DNA from: Geosiphon pyriformis uo1
Taxonomy: Eukaryota; Fungi; Glomeromycota
Reading direction: 5' to 3'
Length of the DNA stretch: 64,000 bases
Assembly: GCA_016748015.1 (NCBI GenBank)
Contig: JAAOMT010000031.1
Coordinates: forward strand, 372,001-436,000
In this document: positions 57,801-64,000 of the stretch, piece after piece
Layout of the letters: each line of letters opens with the position of its first letter
How positions within the stretch are numbered: position 1 is the stretch's first letter
Notes under the pieces: model-generated
What the model was told of the DNA's origin: nothing
Seen by the model: only the letters and a program-made list of their open reading frames with translations
Databases searched by the model: none
Position numbers and translations under genes: made by a program

Positions 57801-60800
57801 TACTTGGAATATTGACCAAGCCTGGGAAACTGATAATGATCAAAACAAATTAGCAAACTGGAAGTGGAAAAAAACAGACAAGGGAAAGAGAAAAGAGAAG
57901 GAAAAAAAAACCACTCCTATTAGCAGCACTTATAATTCATATGCTTACACCTCATCACAACCACCCAATTATTGTCAACCAAAATTAAAATGTGTTGATT
58001 GTGGTAAGAGATTGTCATCAATGGGTGCTTGCTGTGGCAACAATGAAGAATATGCCATGGCCACAAAATTTTATTGCCACCTATGCTTTATAGAATGCTT
58101 TGGACAACCAAAATGACAAGGAAAGTAGGATAATCAACTCTGTCTCACATATGAAACTATCTTACCAGACAAAGAAATGTGGAATGACATTCCTGGGCAT
58201 GGAGAAACATGTGATGAGACATGCCAGTACACCATCTTGATAAATGACTGGGTATGCAAGAAAACACCAATTGACGATGCATAGAAAAGAGTGTTGTGAC
58301 AATTGGAAGGATATTCCCACAACAAACATGAACTCTGGAGAATAGCGTATGTGAAAGCAGAAGGTGCAACAACTAGCAAACTACTGGAAATTAAAAACAG
58401 CCCTCTATCTTTTCCTGAACCCAAATACATCCAAATTTTCAATGTCTTTGGCAACATTGAGGACAACCCAGAGGAATTTCATGAACATTACCAGTGATTA
58501 GCACCCACTAGAAAAGAGCAGAAACAATACTTGAAAGAACTAAACACCCAATTATGTGACCACTGTTTGATCTCATGTGACTTCCAGTATTGTAATAAGT
58601 GTAATCTTATTTACAATTCATCACTACACATGATCTACATGATCTTAGAAGAAGACAAACCAATAAGCAACTACACATCAGAATTGGAATCAGTTTTCAA
58701 TCCCAATTCAAACTTTGACAACAATGATGATAAAAACACTAGTTCTAGCTCAGCTCAATATGGCAATAAAAGTCTCAACAATTCAGACTCTAATTCAAAC
58801 CCAGAAATATACATTGTGCTTCTTGATCTCTCTAAGGAACAGAAACTCAAATAGTATAGTGATAATAATGAAAGTATTATGCCTGAACATGTATATAATA
58901 CTGATGCAGAGTTTGATCTGAGATATCCAGGAAAGGATGCCATCAAATTAGAACCAAATTTATGCACATGTATTGATCTCAAAATAGCTCTGAAAATTCT
59001 AGCAACAACCATAGTTCAATTAGCATCTAGGAGTAGTCTAGCGAAAAAAAAAATCAATATCAGAGGAAGAATAATTGACACAAAGTATATAGAAAATATT
59101 ATTGCTATGTTACAAAATGATTCAGAAAAGACCTATACTATAGAGCCAAATGAAAAGATAGCACAGGCAATATTCCTACTTCTGGTGAAAATAGCTCAGT
59201 TAGTTTCAGTGAGAAATAGGGAAGAATTAGGAATTACTGCTAGAAGGATACAGGGATTTAGATCAATAGATAGAATAGATATACCAGTTAATATAACAGA
59301 GGAAGAGGTTATTGACAAAGGAGAAATTATCTCAACCCATCAATCAATCTCTATTCCACCATATGACTAGTATATATTAGTCATAAAAAAAGAAGTAAAA
59401 AATCAAGCTCAATTGTTTAAAGCAGAAGCCATTATTTGCAAATCAAGAGAGATTGGACTCATTAATCTCTATATATCAGCCAAAAGCCCCAAAAATATCA
59501 AAATTTCTATCTACAATACAACAGAAAGTGTTATTGAAATACCAAAAGAAATTATCATTGGATATTTAACCACCAAAGTTGAGAATCAACCACCAAACCA
59601 AATTCTAGATTTTCCACAGCTTTGTGAATATGTGGACATCACATCACAAACCATTTATGAACGAAATGAATGTTATCTGCTCCAACCAAAACAATTGAAA
59701 CAGATAAACATGGGGAATCTAGATTCATTCCAACAAATGCAATTAAAGATATTATTCAACAAATTTAATGACATCTTTGCCAGTGAAAATGAATTTGGCA
59801 GAACCAACATAATCTAGCATCAGATTAAAACTGGAGATACAATGTCAATTAAACAAAGAGCATACAGAGTACCACCAGCTAGTCATGAGATCATTCATCA
59901 AGAAATTAATTAAATGTTTGACAATGGGCTAATTTAGCCATCAATGAGTCTATGGTTGTTACCAGTAGTACTAGTTCAGAAAAAAAATGGAAAAATCTGC
60001 TTTTGTGTAGACTACTGGAAACTAAATGGAGTAACAAAGAGTGATAGTTATCCAACTCCAAAGATCCAAGAATTATTCGATGCTTTTGGAGGAAATAAAT
60101 GATTCTCAACACTGGATTTAGATAGTGGTTATTAACAAGTAGCCATGAATTCAGCCAACAAAGAGAAAACAGCGTTTACCACAAAAGAGGGAAATTTTGA
60201 GTTTGAAGTCATGTCATTCGGATTAATGAATGCTCCAGCAACATTCCAATAGCTTATGGAAATTGTCTATATTGAATTACTATGGAAATTAGTAGTCGTA
60301 TACTTGGATAACACCAATGTGTTCTCAAAAACATTCAATGATCATTTGCATCATCTCCAACAAGTGTTTGAAAGATTAAAAAGAGCCGAACTAAAGCTAA
60401 ATATGACCAAATGTTTCTTTGGAAAAACTGAACTCAAGTTTTTGGAACATGTGGTGAGCAAAGATGGAATCAAAACAGATCCAGATAAGATTGCAATAGT
60501 AAAAAACTTTTCAGTACCAACAAACTTGTCAGAACTAAGGGCATTTTTGGGATTCACAGGCTATTATCAATGTTTCATCAAGGACTTTTTTAAACTAGCC
60601 CAGCCACTTCATCATTTACAAACCAAAAATGTGAAGTATAAATGGACTGAAGCTCAACAAGAGGTGTTCAACACACTGAAAAGAAAGCTTATTCAAGCTC
60701 CAGTATTGATGTATCCAGATCACAGCAAATCATTCATCATTACTACAGATACATTAAGTTAATTATTGGGAGCAGTACTATTACAAAAAGAACCAGATGG

Positions 60801-62450
60801 AAGAGAACATTCAGTAGCTTATGCCAATAGAAACTTAAGTCCAGCCAAAAAGAACTATAGAACACCAGCACTGGAACATTTAACAATCTATTGGGCAGTC
60901 ATAAAATGGAGAAAATACTTGAGCCAAAAGTTTAAAATATATATGGATCACAAGGGATTGACTTCAATCCAGAAACAAAAATTTGCAGATGATTATTATG
61001 CCAGATAAAAAATAGAACTTGTACCATTCAATTATACAGTACATTATAAAAAAAAAAAGACAATGGAAATGCTGACAGATTGTCACGAATGAGACAAATC
61101 TAAAAACATTTCAACTCAAAAATATATAACAAAAGATGAATACACAAAAATACCAACAACTCTAGCATTATATAAATACTCAATTGTTTAAGGAAAAATT
61201 ATCTCAAAAAGAACAAAACAACATAAAACAGCAATCAAAATATTTCATCAATCATCAAAATATACTTTACCAAAAAAACAGAAAAAATCCAGACCAACTA
61301 ACCAGAGTAATTACAGAATCAAAAAAAGAAACAATATTGTTTAACATGCACTCAGATCCAACAACAGAACATTTTCATAAAGAAGCAATCATAAAAAGAG
61401 CCAAAAAAAGATACTATTAGCCATCAATATATCTAGACATTATCTAATATGTTCAAAGTTGTGATGCTTGTCAAAGAAGAGGTAGAACAAGACCAAATAA
61501 ACCATTAAGACTAATCAAAGTGGGACAACCATTTGATCGCATTGGAATCGACTTAGTCAGACCATTAACAATCATCAGCAGAGGCAACAGATATATTACA
61601 ATAGCCATAAATTATCTCACTAAATGGCCAGAAGCAAAAGCCATTCAAAGAGCAGATGCAGAATCTGTTGCCAAATTTGTTCATCAAGATTTGATTTGTT
61701 GACATAGATGTCCAAAAGAACTATTATCAGATCAAAAAACTCACTTTGTGAACAGAACATTAGCAGAATTAAGTCAGAGATTTGGAATTAAAAGACCATT
61801 ATTATCACCATACTATTCACAAACAAATGGGTTAGTTGAGAGGTTTAACTGAATATTGTGTAAAGCAATTGCCAAGATCAGTCAAAAAAATTAGGACAAA
61901 TGAGATTTGTTTATACCATCAGTATTATTTGCTTATTGGACAATGAAGCAAGACACTACATAAGCAACACCATTTGAATTAGTATATAGTAGAACAGCAA
62001 CATTACCAGTTGAGATGGAAGTCACCACTTATCTAACAGAACCAATAACTAAAGACAATTTTCAGGAAATATTGCTAAAAAAAACATATGACTTAATGAA
62101 AACATTAGAAAATAAATGGTGAAGAGCAGCTGATAACATCCAGAAGTCACAAGAAAAACAAAGATAATCAACTACCAGACAAACCAGTTGAATTCAAGAT
62201 TGAAGACAAAGTATTTCTACATTATGTCAAAGCGGAAAAACAATAGAATGGAAAATTTGACCCCAAATGGGACAGACCATTTTACATAGAAAAAATTCTT
62301 GGAAATAGAGCTTATAAATTAAGATGAGACAACAAAATCTTAACCAAAGCAGCACATGGTGATTGACTAAAACCATATTACCAAATAGCATTATCATCCA
62401 CCAATAACATTCCACAATTGGAAGTACAATGAATACTAGTTTAACCAAAT
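54880..62450 (+). pseudogene. Gypsy-2 single gag-pol polyprotein (~2500 codons, degenerate)
   Basis: ORF fragments from 54880 to 60766 all share one frame. Gag knuckle CHYCGKQKHLRIDC (~56635), PR LILNSG (~57330), RT VYLDN (~60300), RH ITTD..GAVL, INT CDACQ / PFDRIGIDL / TNGLVERFN. End coordinate approximate. Confidence 0.92.
58879..59280 (+). pseudogene. Trimeric dUTPase domain within Gypsy-2 pol
   Basis: Five motifs recognisable after G>A erosion: DAEFDL, SRSSLA, GRIIDTKY, KIAQAIF, RRIQGFRS. Confidence 0.88.
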
Positions 62451-62561
62451 AAGATTCCATGAGATCTGGAACTAATCATAATTATTGGACCAAACACATA
62501 ATATCAAACAAGAAAAGAGTATATAAAGACACAGTATATGTGACAAAGGCAACCAAAAAAA

Positions 62562-63197
62562 ATGGAAATACCAGATCATATTCATGTTATAGCTCAACAA
62601 TTGTTCTAGGCCTTAAGTAAACAACAGTTAGACATGGAAATTGTCATTAACAAACAAATAATTTACTATCGAAACACCCAAAGAAAGACAAAGAACACAC
62701 CATATCAGCAACCACCAAAAAATGATAAAAACTGATCAGATAACATAATAGAAAAAGTAAAAAACACTTTTGGGAAAATACTTATTATAGCACCAACAAA
62801 AAAACTTACAAAAGAGAATTAAAAGCAATAGACAAAACAACTTCCAATATGATACTGTTACTACCAGTTAAGTCGAAAGTTAAATATTCAAGAGTTGTAT
62901 ATTGACAAATCCAAGAGAATATTTAACCAAAACATAATACAGCAAATTGAAGAATTTATTGGAAAAAAGACAAATTCGACACTACATGTGAGAACAATTT
63001 ATTGACTGCACAACATATTTCAGAACTACCCAGAAATACTGTTACACTCTGACATGGAAATTATAACCATTAATCAATGGGAAAGAATAAACAATGTACA
63101 AGTAGAAGATGTAAAAAATAAAGTCGAACAAACAATACTAGAAAAAGAAGTATTGGAGCTAATTCAAAATAAAGATTTCAACAGAGCTCAATATTAA
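62562..63197 (+). pseudogene. Third ORF (212 codons) of Gypsy-2 between integrase and 3' LTR, unknown function
   Basis: Manual translation MEIPDHIHVIAQQLF*AL...DFNRAQY* stays in one frame with 6 internal point stops. Confidence 0.7.
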
Positions 63198-63210
63198 AAA
63201 AAAAAGATAA

Positions 63211-64000
63211 TGTTACTCATAGAAAGAAAACAGATATAAGAAAATAGTAGACCAATAAGCAAATAGTATGTAGCATGTGAGCATATTGTTCAGCAATGTG
63301 GAGCAATGTCAGAAAACATAGCACATTGCTTAGCAATATGGAGCAATGTTAGAAAATTAAGGCACATTGCTTAGCAATATGAGTATTGCTTAAAAAATCA
63401 TAGCACATTGCTTGAGAATATGAGCAATCTTATAGAACATCAATTATGTATATATAGTGATAGCATTAGAAGTAAAAAGAGCAGAATCCATCAGTTCGAA
63501 ACCTTCCACATCACAAATATTAATAAATAATTATTCACTATCCCAATCCACTCTCCACTATTACCACTTCATGTTGATAGTAATTAATACTTAACCACAC
63601 TGGAACAATAGCTCTTAATTACACCTATTGATGGGATACTAACTTGCAATTGCTTTTGTTTATGTCTTTATTTTCTTTTATTTTCTTTTATTTCTTTTTG
63701 TTATTTTTTTGGTTTTACTAAATTGATTAAGAATTAAGTGCTGAGATACAGACATCATAGGGACTGGTAAAAGACCTGTGAAACAAGGGTAAAACACTCA
63801 TAGATTTGAGAATAGCTTACCAGAAGGATTACCGGCCACCATGCTGAGAAAAAAATTTGATAGAATTGTGATTCCGGGAGGCTACTGAAAACAACTATTA
63901 AATCTCTGTTCATTATACAAAAAACTCCACAACCAAAACCTTCAGATATCAACACTTGAGTACCAACTAAGCACCAAGTTACAAATTTATTATTTAATTT
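63211..64000 (+). repeat. Gypsy-2 3' LTR (truncated by window end)
   Basis: Direct repeat of 54064 onward with ~60 bp of extra internal tandem repeat. Confidence 0.93.

Larger units (their letters stand above)
54064..64000 (+). mobile_element. Gypsy-2: ~10-kb Ty3/Gypsy element with dUTPase; 3' LTR runs off the window
   Basis: LTRs 54064-54819 and 63211->64000; PBS; gag-PR-dUTPase-RT-RH-INT order; preceded by ATAT at 54060-54063. Confidence 0.95.

Noticed and set aside
40001-62450. Alternative genetic code or stop readthrough to explain in-frame stops
   Set aside because: All three stop types occur, at different positions in paralogous copies, and the host genes use the standard code without internal stops. 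Point mutation explains them.
62562-63197. Calling ORF3 an envelope gene or chromodomain
   Set aside because: No signal peptide, TM helix, furin site or chromodomain motif is visible.

Overview
Eukaryotic (fungal) genomic DNA, extremely AT-rich and dominated by retrotransposons. The element proteins resemble, from memory only, repeat-derived predicted proteins of Glomeromycotina such as Geosiphon; this is unverified. Three intact, intron-rich housekeeping genes sit in two CpG-retaining islands: alanyl-tRNA synthetase (13 exons, minus), head-to-head with a PTPA/Rrd2-type PP2A activator (8 exons, plus), and a cyclophilin A (5 exons, minus). The rest is nested TEs: two near-full-length LINEs (ORF1; EN-RT-RNaseH-zinc knuckle ORF2), several eroded LINE relics, two Ty3/Gypsy elements (one with dUTPase) and two solo LTRs. 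Main observations: (1) a 2.3-kb ORF1-only, poly(A)-tailed, TSD-flanked element sharing the LINE 5' motif and 3' stem-loops (a HAL1-like non-autonomous partner); (2) an unannotated ~210-codon third ORF in the env position of both Gypsy elements, ending in a shared DFxRAQ motif; (3) repeat-restricted C>T/G>A hypermutation beyond CpG with few indels (RIP-like); (4) all four LTR insertions sit at ATAT.
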